Origin: Candidatus Daviesbacteria bacterium
GTDB lineage: Bacteria > Patescibacteriota > Microgenomatia > Daviesbacterales > UBA10151
Direction of reading: 5' to 3'
Length of the DNA: 64,000 bases
NCBI GenBank assembly: GCA_030699125.1
Contig: JAUYKM010000012.1
Coordinates: 11,159 to 75,158, forward strand
The notes under the pieces: generated by a model
Told to the model about the DNA's origin: nothing
What the model saw: only the letters and a program-made list of their open reading frames with translations
Database searches by the model: none
Translations under genes and position numbers: made by a program
Shown here: positions 19,054 to 27,670 of the stretch, piece by piece
How positions within the stretch are numbered: the first letter of the stretch is position 1
Layout of the letters: every line of letters starts with the position of its first letter

Positions 19054-20115
19054 CTAAATCTTGCGATAACGACTACTTCTACCCATTCCCACACTCTCGA
19101 TTTTCTTTAACTGAAGTAGTTTAGCAAGTGATTGTCTGACTGTGGCATAAGCAATCTTAGTGGCCGCAGCTATTTGGAGATTGGTAGCTTCATCAACCGC
19201 CTGTATATATTGCCATACTGCAATCTGTTTATTGGATAAAATATCCTCAATTCTCTCTTGGGACATCAAGCTGATAGCTTCTTTAGATTGCGCTAGGATA
19301 ATTTCCAAAAAGAATTCAAGCCAGGGAGTAATATTTCCAGTTCCTTTTTTGAAGGTTTTTTGGCTTTTTCTTAAAGCCAGGTAATATTGCGGCTTCTGAT
19401 CCTCAATCAGTTTCTCATGAGAGACATAAGGCATGTATAGATAACCTGCCTGAAGAAGGAGCAAATTAGTGAGAATTCTAGATAAACGGCCGTTGCCATC
19501 TTTAAAAGGATGGATATTTAAAAACTCCACTAAAAAATTACCGATAATAATTAACGGATGAGATAACTTAGCATCGAGAGCATATTTGGTCCATTCCACC
19601 AATTCCTGCATTTGTTTAGGGGTTAAATAGGCTGGGGTGGTGTCAAAGATCACTCCAATTCTTCTACCTTGCTCATCCACCATTTCAATTTTATTATTAG
19701 TACTTTTATACTTGCCTCTGTGATCCTGATCTTTCTTAACGTACTTTAAAAGCTCCTGATGCAAATGTTTAACGGTATTCTCACTGAATCTAATGTGTTC
19801 CCAAGCATCAAAGATTATTTGGAGGAGTTCAAAATAACCCTGAACCTCTTGTTTTTCTCTATCTGCAAATTTCTGCATGGCAATACCCTGCATTAAATCT
19901 TCTACATCCTCATCCGATAGCCTTGCTCCCTCAATCCTGGTAGAAGCACCGGTAGAGGTAATTAATACTGATCTTTTAAGTCTCCCTAATAGTTGGGGGT
20001 TTAAATTAGTCCCTTGCGTCCAGCGACCTTTTAACTCGTCAATCTGAGCAATTTTAAGAAATACTGCTGGAGGCAGTTGAGCTAACCTACTTTCAAATTT
20101 GCGATTTTTAACCAT
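19054..20115 (-). CDS. Fic family protein with C-terminal HTH
   Basis: HPFKDGNGRLSR and STRIEG motifs. Confidence 0.93.
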   Translation of the reverse strand: MVKNRKFESRLAQLPPAVFLKIAQIDELKGRWTQGTNLNPQLLGRLKRSVLITSTGASTRIEGARLSDEDVEDLMQGIAMQKFADREKQEVQGYFELLQIIFDAWEHIRFSENTVKHLHQELLKYVKKDQDHRGKYKSTNNKIEMVDEQGRRIGVIFDTTPAYLTPKQMQELVEWTKYALDAKLSHPLIIIGNFLVEFLNIHPFKDGNGRLSRILTNLLLLQAGYLYMPYVSHEKLIEDQKPQYYLALRKSQKTFKKGTGNITPWLEFFLEIILAQSKEAISLMSQERIEDILSNKQIAVWQYIQAVDEATNLQIAAATKIAYATVRQSLAKLLQLKKIESVGMGRSSRYRKI

Positions 20116-20136
20116 ATATTAAGGTGATAATTTAAC

Positions 20137-20166
20137 TATAGCAGATTATAGCAGATTATAGCAGAT
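20137..20166. repeat. Tandem repeat (TATAGCAGAT)x3 upstream of the Fic gene
   Basis: Three exact 10-nt units. Confidence 0.85.
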
Positions 20167-20690
20167 TAAGCAAGTCTTGGGTATTTGAGCATTAATTTTT
20201 GGATTTTAGGATCAATAACAATTTTACAATATGGTTGATCTGCGTGGTTTTCATAATAATTTTGATGATAATCTTCTGCCGGATAAAAATTTTGGAAAGG
20301 CTCAATTTTAGTGACAATGGGATCTTGGTAATATTTTGATTGCTCAAGTTTTTTCTTAGATTCTTCTGCAATCCTTTTTTGTTCATCATCATGATAAAAA
20401 ATCACTGATCTATATTGTTCTCCTGTATCTGCCCCCTGTTTATTTAAAGTGGTGGGATCAATCAGATGCCAGTAAACATCCAGCAGTTTTTTGTAAGTTA
20501 TTATTTTGGGGTCAAAAGTAATCTGGATGGCCTCCGCATGGCCGGTAGAACCGCTGGAAACCTGTTCATAACTGGGCTTTTCCATATTGCCACCGGTATA
20601 ACCAGACACCACCTTTTCCACCCCTTTTAATCTTTTAAAAATAGCCTCTGTACACCAAAAACAGCCTCCAGCCAATGTGACAGTTTCCAT
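20166..20690 (-). CDS. msrA: Peptide methionine sulfoxide reductase A
   Basis: GGCFWC, GHAE, AEDYHQ motifs. Confidence 0.96.
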   Translation of the reverse strand: METVTLAGGCFWCTEAIFKRLKGVEKVVSGYTGGNMEKPSYEQVSSGSTGHAEAIQITFDPKIITYKKLLDVYWHLIDPTTLNKQGADTGEQYRSVIFYHDDEQKRIAEESKKKLEQSKYYQDPIVTKIEPFQNFYPAEDYHQNYYENHADQPYCKIVIDPKIQKLMLKYPRLA

Positions 20691-20718
20691 AACAGATATA
20701 ATTATATATGATTAGAGT

Positions 20719-22068
20719 ATGGTCCAATATGATGTTTTGGTGGTGGGATCAGGAAGTGGTTTGGATATTGCCTCAGAAGCTCAAGAATTGGGCAAAAAAG
20801 TGGCTCTGGTGGAGGAAGGGCCAATGGGCGGAACCTGCCTTAATCGTGGCTGTATCCCTTCCAAAATGCTCATTCATGCATCAGATGTGGCTGAGGTGAT
20901 CAAAAATTCCCCAAAGTTTGGCATCATAGCCGAAATTAAAAGCATTGATTTTGCCGCAATTGTTAAAAGAGTTACTGATGAGGTGGACTCTGATTCTCAA
21001 AGTATAGAAAAGGCCATTGGTCAGAGTGAGAATCTAACTCTATATAAATTGAGAGGAGAATTTGTAGGTCCTAAACTGATGAGAGTGGGCAAAGAGGAGA
21101 TTACTGCAGAAAAAATCTTTATTGTGGGAGGCACCAGAGCCTCAATCCCTCCCATCCCAGGTTTGGATAAGACTCCATATATCACTTCAAGGCAGGCCTT
21201 ACGGTTGATGATTCAGCCTAGGCACTTGATCATAATAGGTGGAGGTTATATTGGCTGTGAGCTGGCTCATTTTTTTAGTGCTTTGGGAACGAAAGTCACC
21301 ATGATCAGTCATGGGGATAAGCTTTTGGAAAATGAAGATTGGGAGATTTCGGATTGGTTTACCAGAGAATTTAGCAAAAAAGTGCAAGTAATCTTTAAAG
21401 GCGATACTGAACAAGTTTCTTATGCAAATGGTCAATTCCAACTGAAGCTAAAAGATCAAGCTGATTTACTGATTGGTGATCAGCTTTTGGTGGCAACAGG
21501 CAGAAAACCTAATAGCGATCTTTTAAAAGTATCTTCCCTGGGGCTCGCTTTGGATGAAAAAGACTATATTAAGGTTAATGAATATCTGGAAACAAATGTA
21601 GAAGGAGTATGGGCCCTGGGAGATATTGTGGGAGTGTCTCCTTTTAAGCACTCTGCCAATTATCAGGCAGAATTAGTTATCCAAAATGTTTTCTATAATA
21701 AAAAACTGGCTGCTGATTATTCAGCTATCGGTCATGCGGTTTTTTCCTCACCTCAAATTGGGGGAGTGGGTAAAACTGAACAGCAGTTGAAAAAAGAGAA
21801 TGTTCCCTATAAAGTGGGCAGAGCTGAGTTGAAAAATACCGGCATGGGAGCGGCCTTACAGGAGAATGGTTTGGTTAAAGTTTTAGCTGACGGGAGTGGA
21901 GAAAACATTTTAGGCTGTCATATTGTGGGTCCGGATGCCTCTACCCTGATTCATGAGGCCGCAATTGCCATGAAAGCATCCGGTAAAGTCTCAGCCATTA
22001 CCGAAACTGTTTTTGTTCATCCGGCTTTATCAGAAGTTTTACAAAGAGCTTTTTTGGCCATTGGTTGA
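20719..22068 (+). CDS. Dihydrolipoamide dehydrogenase / mycothione-reductase-like flavoprotein disulfide reductase
   Basis: GSGSG FAD site, GGTCLNRGCIPSK, GGGYIG, HPALSE. Confidence 0.9.
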   Translation: MVQYDVLVVGSGSGLDIASEAQELGKKVALVEEGPMGGTCLNRGCIPSKMLIHASDVAEVIKNSPKFGIIAEIKSIDFAAIVKRVTDEVDSDSQSIEKAIGQSENLTLYKLRGEFVGPKLMRVGKEEITAEKIFIVGGTRASIPPIPGLDKTPYITSRQALRLMIQPRHLIIIGGGYIGCELAHFFSALGTKVTMISHGDKLLENEDWEISDWFTREFSKKVQVIFKGDTEQVSYANGQFQLKLKDQADLLIGDQLLVATGRKPNSDLLKVSSLGLALDEKDYIKVNEYLETNVEGVWALGDIVGVSPFKHSANYQAELVIQNVFYNKKLAADYSAIGHAVFSSPQIGGVGKTEQQLKKENVPYKVGRAELKNTGMGAALQENGLVKVLADGSGENILGCHIVGPDASTLIHEAAIAMKASGKVSAITETVFVHPALSEVLQRAFLAIG

Positions 22069-22083
22069 TGATATAATTCCCAT

Positions 22084-22548
22084 ATGATTTTGTCTCCTGA
22101 GCAGATTTCCAACCTAATTAAGACATTAAAAGGAAAAAAAATTGTCTTGGTAGGTGGATGTTTTGATGTTATTCATCCCGGACATATTATTTTTTTGGAA
22201 AAAGCCAAAGAGCAAGGAGATGTACTAGTAGTACTTTTAGAATCAGATGAGGCTGTCAGAAAAATCAAGGGTATAAAAAGACCTTATCATAATCAAAATG
22301 ACAGAGCTCAGGTTTTATCTTCTCTTAAATCTGTAGATTATGTGGTGATGCTACCTCTTTTTAAGAGTGATTCATCCTATGAAGAGCTTATAAAGAAAAT
22401 TAAACCAGATATGATCTGTGCAACCAGTGGATATGGTGATACCGCACACCATGAGAGGATCGCCAAGAAAATAGATGCCAAAATAAAATTTGTCACCAGA
22501 AAAATTGGCAATCATTCAACAAGCAGAATTCTTACTTACAGAGGTTAA
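22084..22548 (+). CDS. Cytidylyltransferase-family nucleotidyltransferase (RfaE domain II / FAD synthase-like)
   Basis: GGCFDVIHPGH (HxGH), KGxxRP, STS. Confidence 0.85.
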   Translation: MILSPEQISNLIKTLKGKKIVLVGGCFDVIHPGHIIFLEKAKEQGDVLVVLLESDEAVRKIKGIKRPYHNQNDRAQVLSSLKSVDYVVMLPLFKSDSSYEELIKKIKPDMICATSGYGDTAHHERIAKKIDAKIKFVTRKIGNHSTSRILTYRG

Positions 22549-23792
22549 AGCAAATCCAAAACCAGGGTGGACCAGCCAAAGTTTTCTCTTCTGTAACCTT
22601 TACCTGTTTCCGGATTATAGTATTCCCTAAAGCCTTCTTTTTCCACCATCTGAGTCGTTTTATCGACAATTTGATCGGCGATGTCAAAAAAGCCATGTTT
22701 TCTTAGACCCTTGACAATAAACCAGTTGGTATTGATCCAGGTGGGACCCCGCCACAAAAGCTTTATTTTATAAAAAGGAGTATCACCCGGCTCATAATAT
22801 TTTTCATCTTTGGCAACAGAAGGGATAGGATAAGGAGTCCAAAACTCGTCAGGACTAAGAAGATGCTTATTGATTAGGGATGTCAGTTTTTCTTTGCCAA
22901 TGCCCTGTAAAAAAATCGGCATTAAAGAGGCTATAGTTTTAACTTTAGCCATCTTTTCTGATTTGGAATAGAGCGAATAAAAAATCTGATCTTTACTATC
23001 CCAACATTTTTTAAGCAGCGACCTTTCGCACTTATCTGCCGCTTCTTTCCAGAACTCAGCCTCCTCATTTTGGCCGATCTGAGTGAGTAATCTGGATAAA
23101 GATCTGGAAGATTCAGCAAAAACGCAGTTAAAGGTTAGATCCTCCACATTAAAGTAATCCTTGTCTAAAATTTTTTTACTATTAAAGCCATACCTATGAT
23201 TTAAGAAATCACTTTTGCGGTAATAATAGTGCAGTCTGGTTGGATCCTCACCCAAAAAACCAAAAACACTCTGGAAAGACGGCAACTCATCCATACCTGA
23301 CTCATTGGGCGAGATAATGGAGATTAAAAAATCCTGATCCGGATCCCGGTTTTCCAAAAGCCAGCGGTGGTATTTAACTAATTTAGGCAACACTTCAAGT
23401 AGAAAAGATTGATCAGGATCGCGCTCATAGATGGCCTCAACTGCCAAAGCCAAAGCAGGCGGCTGAGTCAGGGCAGTGGTTTTGGGCCGGATAGATAATT
23501 TACTTTCAATATAGGCCCAATGAGGCAGATTAAAGCCATCCTCCCAAAATATAATGTGAGGTAAAAAGCCATCCTCCCATTGGCCCAATAGAAAATTTTT
23601 GATCTCTTTTTTGGCCCAGTCAGTATCAAAATGAGATAGGACAATGGCATGAAAAGCAGTATCCCACAGCCACTGGTAAACGTATTCTTTATTAGATGGG
23701 GAAATAAACTGATAATCGGTCTTTTTCCATTTGGAATAACCTGTCTTAAGATTAGATTTAAATAATTTCTTTATTTGATCAGTTATCGGCAT
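22545..23792 (-). CDS. MGH1-like / GH63-type glycoside hydrolase
   Basis: YQWLWDTAF, ESGMD, WRGPTWINTNW, GFREYYNP, FGWS. Confidence 0.85.
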   Translation of the reverse strand: MPITDQIKKLFKSNLKTGYSKWKKTDYQFISPSNKEYVYQWLWDTAFHAIVLSHFDTDWAKKEIKNFLLGQWEDGFLPHIIFWEDGFNLPHWAYIESKLSIRPKTTALTQPPALALAVEAIYERDPDQSFLLEVLPKLVKYHRWLLENRDPDQDFLISIISPNESGMDELPSFQSVFGFLGEDPTRLHYYYRKSDFLNHRYGFNSKKILDKDYFNVEDLTFNCVFAESSRSLSRLLTQIGQNEEAEFWKEAADKCERSLLKKCWDSKDQIFYSLYSKSEKMAKVKTIASLMPIFLQGIGKEKLTSLINKHLLSPDEFWTPYPIPSVAKDEKYYEPGDTPFYKIKLLWRGPTWINTNWFIVKGLRKHGFFDIADQIVDKTTQMVEKEGFREYYNPETGKGYRRENFGWSTLVLDLL

Positions 23793-23839
23793 AAGTTATA
23801 TTATATGAACATATTAATTTTGGATTACAATAGGATATT

Positions 23840-24514
23840 GTGAAGAAATCATTGCTTTTACTCTCTATTATCACCATTTCCATCTTTACTCTTTTTTCCT
23901 ATACAGTGGCCAAGGAAAGATGGCAAAATACGGACTTTGACTTTATGGTTAAACTGCAGGATCATATTCCCCCCAGATTTGATGATAGGTTTTCCATTTT
24001 AAGTTTATTGGGAAGCGTGGAGGTGACTTTCGGGATAGCCTTGATGATGATTATTTTAGCTTTATTAAGACTTAAGTGGATGGGGATTTTAGGCTGGCTG
24101 ATGATTATTCCTGCCACATCAGCCGAAGTATTTGGTAAGTTAGTGCTTTATCACCCTGGGCCGCCAATATTTTTTCACCGAACTAATGTTTTTACTCATC
24201 TGCCTTCTTTTTATGTTCATACTGAATTTTCTTATCCTTCCGGGCATATGACCAGGTCTGTTTTTATAGTGACAGTTTTTTTAGCTCTAATAGTTTATTC
24301 CAGATTAAATTTTCCAGCAAAATTTTTTAGTAGCGTTATTTTAGTAGGATTGATTTTCTTAATGGGATTATCCAGGATCTCTTTGGGAGAACACTGGTTA
24401 TCTGATGTGATTGGAGGTACTATCTTAGGGATGGGATTTGGTTTTTTTGCTGCTGTCTTGATCCTCTTAAGGGTCAATACTGAGCGAAGTCGAAGTATTG
24501 CTTTTAGCAAATAA
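23840..24514 (+). CDS. PAP2 family phosphatase
   Basis: SYPSGH, SRISLGEHWLSDV. Confidence 0.9.
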   Translation: MKKSLLLLSIITISIFTLFSYTVAKERWQNTDFDFMVKLQDHIPPRFDDRFSILSLLGSVEVTFGIALMMIILALLRLKWMGILGWLMIIPATSAEVFGKLVLYHPGPPIFFHRTNVFTHLPSFYVHTEFSYPSGHMTRSVFIVTVFLALIVYSRLNFPAKFFSSVILVGLIFLMGLSRISLGEHWLSDVIGGTILGMGFGFFAAVLILLRVNTERSRSIAFSK

Positions 24515-24562
24515 AAAAGGATAAAATGGCCCCAGATGCCCGCTGGGAGGTGAGCTTAATTT

Positions 24563-24808
24563 TTGAATAGAAATATCACTATAGTGATCATTATTTTAAT
24601 ATTGGTGGTGATTGCCGGGTATCTGGTTTGGCTAAGAAGCAGATATATGCAGCCTGTTTCCCCTGAACCGGTGGAAGTAAAGCAGGAGGTTGTTTCAACA
24701 CCTGTGGCCAGCCCGACAGATGAATCTTCACCTTCAGCAGAGGAAGAGGAAGCAACAGAAGAGGCAGAAGAAACTGCCACTCCCACCTCATCATCAGTTG
24801 AGGAATAG
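24563..24808 (+). CDS. Small single-TM acidic protein
   Basis: N-terminal TM segment, Glu/Ser/Thr-rich tail. Confidence 0.55.
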   Translation: MNRNITIVIIILILVVIAGYLVWLRSRYMQPVSPEPVEVKQEVVSTPVASPTDESSPSAEEEEATEEAEETATPTSSSVEE

Positions 24809-24885
24809 GTATTGATGGTAAGCAAATTAGAATGTAAAAAAACTGCCTTGTTCAGCTACTATATTAGCTGATATACTTTTATGAT

Positions 24886-25818
24886 ATGGATAATTCCCCT
24901 GTTGAGAAATTGATTATTGTGGGTTCTGGGCCGGCTGGCTTAACAGCGGCCATTTATGCTGCCAGAGGAAACTTAAAACCTGTGGTTGTCTCCGGCAGGG
25001 AGATGGGCGGGCAATTGATGTTAACCACAGATGTGGATGATTTTCCCGGCTTTGATAGTGGCATACAGGGACCGGAGCTGATGGAAAGAATGAGGAAACA
25101 GGCCGAGAGGTTTGAAGTGAGATTTATTGATGAAAATGTTCAATCCGTTGATTTTTCCAAGAAGCCATTTGTGATTCAGTCTGAGAGCCGACGGCTGACG
25201 ACTGAAAGCTTAATTATCGCCACCGGTGCCTCAGCTATATGGTTGGGGCTAGAATCTGAGAAAAAGTTCATGGGTAGAGGAGTGTCATCTTGTGCTGTTT
25301 GTGACGGGTTTTTCTTCAAAGATAAAAATATCATTGTGGTAGGAGGAGGGGATACTGCCATGAGAGAAGCTCAGTATCTATCGAAGCTTTGCAAGAGCGT
25401 CACGGTAGTTCATAGGAGAGATACTTTCAGGGCCCAGTCGGCCCTGGTGGAATTAGTTAAATCAAAACCCAACGTCAAATTTATGTGGAATGCCACAATA
25501 GAAGAATTTATGGGACAAGACAAACTGGAAAAAGTGAGGTTAAAAAATACTCAGGATGGAAAGGTCACAGAAATGTCTATAGATGGAGTTTTTGTGGCAA
25601 TAGGACATAAACCTAACACAGATTTTTTAAAAGATCAGCTGGAACTGGACCAAAAAGGATATATAGCACTACACGATGAAACCAAGACTTCAGTAGAAGG
25701 GGTATTTGTGGCAGGTGATGTGGCAGATTATCATTACAGACAAGCTGTCACCGCAGCTGGGATGGGCTGCAAAGCCACCTTTGATGCAGAAGAATATTTG
25801 GAAAATTTGATCCCTTGA
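24886..25818 (+). CDS. trxB: Thioredoxin-disulfide reductase
   Basis: GSGPAG, CAVCDG, GGGDTA, VFVAGDV. Confidence 0.96.
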   Translation: MDNSPVEKLIIVGSGPAGLTAAIYAARGNLKPVVVSGREMGGQLMLTTDVDDFPGFDSGIQGPELMERMRKQAERFEVRFIDENVQSVDFSKKPFVIQSESRRLTTESLIIATGASAIWLGLESEKKFMGRGVSSCAVCDGFFFKDKNIIVVGGGDTAMREAQYLSKLCKSVTVVHRRDTFRAQSALVELVKSKPNVKFMWNATIEEFMGQDKLEKVRLKNTQDGKVTEMSIDGVFVAIGHKPNTDFLKDQLELDQKGYIALHDETKTSVEGVFVAGDVADYHYRQAVTAAGMGCKATFDAEEYLENLIP

Positions 25819-25851
25819 CTTAGGTATATATAAAGTATATACTTTGTGTAT

Positions 25852-26163
25852 ATGCAGACAGCAGTAGTTAACATTAAAGTTGAGCCTATAATTAAAAAGA
25901 AAGCCCAGAAAGTGGTTGAAGAATTAGGTTTATCTCTTAGCGGAGTAATTAACGGTTACCTTCACCATCTGGTTAGAACTAAAGCTGTCCATTTTAGTCT
26001 TTCTGAAGAGCCTTCCGAGTACATGATGCAGTCTTTAAAAGAAGCAGAAGATGATATTAAAGCCGGTAGAGTTTCTCCCCCCTTTGATAATGCCAAGGAT
26101 GCTATAGCTTGGCTGCGTAATCCTAAAGCCAAGTATGCAAACAAAATTCGCCAAAAAGTTTAA
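25852..26163 (+). CDS. RelB/DinJ family antitoxin
   Basis: VVNIKVEP..KKKAQKVVEELGLSLS RHH pattern; overlaps the toxin. Confidence 0.85.
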   Translation: MQTAVVNIKVEPIIKKKAQKVVEELGLSLSGVINGYLHHLVRTKAVHFSLSEEPSEYMMQSLKEAEDDIKAGRVSPPFDNAKDAIAWLRNPKAKYANKIRQKV

Positions 26164-26404
26164 AAAGCAATACGAAAAAGCTGATGCTAAAATAAAGTCA
26201 GCATTCGATAAGAAACTTGAATTATTTCTACAAGATCCATTCCATCCGTTATTAAATAATCATTCATTAACTGGTAAATATTTAGAGAAACGTAGTATCA
26301 ATATAACAGGTGATTGGCGCGCAATTTTTAGTGAAGCTGAGACTGAAGAAGAAAAAGTAATAAACTTTGAACTTTTAGATATTCACAGCAATCTGTATAA
26401 ATAA
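26135..26404 (+). CDS. RelE/YafQ family mRNA interferase toxin
   Basis: LNNHSLTGKY...SINITGDWRAIF...HSNLY. Confidence 0.88.
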   Translation: MQTKFAKKFKKQYEKADAKIKSAFDKKLELFLQDPFHPLLNNHSLTGKYLEKRSINITGDWRAIFSEAETEEEKVINFELLDIHSNLYK

Positions 26405-26493
26405 ATTATTGGCTAAGGAAGAAAATGAGGAGAATATATTTTCCTCTATACAAATAGGGATTACTTCTTAGATACCAAAGGCGGACGAGGCGA

Positions 26494-26523
26494 GCAGAAG
26501 AATATTTGGAAATTTTAAAATAA
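26494..26523 (+). pseudogene. Displaced duplicate of the trxB 3' end (AEEYLEILK*)
   Basis: gcagaagaatatttggaaa identical to 25786-25804. Confidence 0.75.
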
Positions 26524-26540
26524 GTGGTATTATATTGTGT

Positions 26541-26987
26541 ATGAGGTTGATAAACTTCTTAATTAAACTTTTTCCTACTAAACCAATTTATGCTCATTGT
26601 GATATTCCTTGCGGGATTTATGATCCACACACAGCTCAGCTTGCTGCTAAAACTGTTTTAACCATGGTTCAAAAGTTAAAAGATATTAAAGCTGAACCAG
26701 GATCACCAGAGGAACTGCAAGCAAGAAATAACTTTGTCAGGATGGTGAAAGTGAAAGAAGAACATGCGGAAATTTGTAAAAGAGAAGTTTTAATTCTTTG
26801 GACAGATTATTTTAAGAGCGAGCATCTGGAAAAATTTCCTGATCTTCATGATCTGATTTGGAAGGCAGCCAAATTATGTTCTGAGAACAAAAGGGCAGTA
26901 GATGAGGTAAAAGCACAGGAACTAGTAGCAGCAGTTGATAAGATTGCGGAGATATTTACTCAGACAAAAGTAACAAGTAACAAGTAA
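26541..26987 (+). CDS. sodN: Nickel superoxide dismutase precursor
   Basis: Ni-hook HCDIPCGIYDP after a leader ending PIYA; LWTDYFK. Confidence 0.95.
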   Translation: MRLINFLIKLFPTKPIYAHCDIPCGIYDPHTAQLAAKTVLTMVQKLKDIKAEPGSPEELQARNNFVRMVKVKEEHAEICKREVLILWTDYFKSEHLEKFPDLHDLIWKAAKLCSENKRAVDEVKAQELVAAVDKIAEIFTQTKVTSNK

Positions 26988-27032
26988 CAAGTTATATTTC
27001 TTGTGCCTTGTTATCTTTACTGTACTTGTTAC
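26970..27032. repeat. Heptamer (GTAACAA) inverted-repeat hairpin element, gene-less copy
   Basis: (gtaacaa)x3...cttgtgccttgttatctttactgtacttgttac; right arm 31/33 identical to 40609-40641. Confidence 0.85.
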
Positions 27033-27033
27033 T

Positions 27034-27333
27034 ATGAAGATCTTTCCATTTTCCAGATTTACAGTGTATGGGAATTCCATGCTGCCTACTCTAAAAGAAG
27101 GCCAGGATGTTTTAGTTTGGTGTTGGTTTTATACTCCAAGAGTGGGGGATATTGTAATAGTGCAAAGTGCAAAGGGAAAAGTGCAAAGGGAAATAATAAA
27201 AAGAATTGTAAAAATAGATAGACAAAGATTTTACATAGAAGGGGATAACAAAGATGAGAGTACTGATTCCAGAGAATTTGGTCCAATTAAAAAAGAGCAA
27301 ATAATAGGAAAAGTAATTTATATAGTGAGGTAA
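27034..27333 (+). CDS. sodX: Ni-SOD maturation protease (S26 family)
   Basis: GNSMLPTL, IIKRI, GDN..ESTDSREFG; directly after sodN. Confidence 0.88.
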   Translation: MKIFPFSRFTVYGNSMLPTLKEGQDVLVWCWFYTPRVGDIVIVQSAKGKVQREIIKRIVKIDRQRFYIEGDNKDESTDSREFGPIKKEQIIGKVIYIVR

Positions 27334-27355
27334 GATGTGAGATAATATAGCAGTT

Positions 27356-27667
27356 ATGGACGATACTGCCCAGGATAAAATAATCCAATTTAGCGACCAG
27401 CATGATGCTGATCTTCACAAAAGGGTCCATCAAAATCTTCAGCAAGCTGGACATCCTGTTTCTAAGGCGGATATTAAGCCAGATGAGCATTCTGCCTTAG
27501 AAAATCTTAGAGAAGGCTTGGAAGATCAGGCAGATGTAGTGGGAGCAGCAGTAGAGGAAGTAGGAGACAAACTGGGTGGAGAAAATGTCACCTATATTGA
27601 ACAAAGGCCGTCCAAAGATTGGAAAACACGTTTAAAGGAGAGAATAAAAGGAAAGAAGGCAGCATAA
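27356..27667 (+). CDS. Hypothetical protein
   Basis: 103-aa ORF 3 nt upstream of the next gene. Confidence 0.6.
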   Translation: MDDTAQDKIIQFSDQHDADLHKRVHQNLQQAGHPVSKADIKPDEHSALENLREGLEDQADVVGAAVEEVGDKLGGENVTYIEQRPSKDWKTRLKERIKGKKAA

Positions 27668-27670
27668 GAG

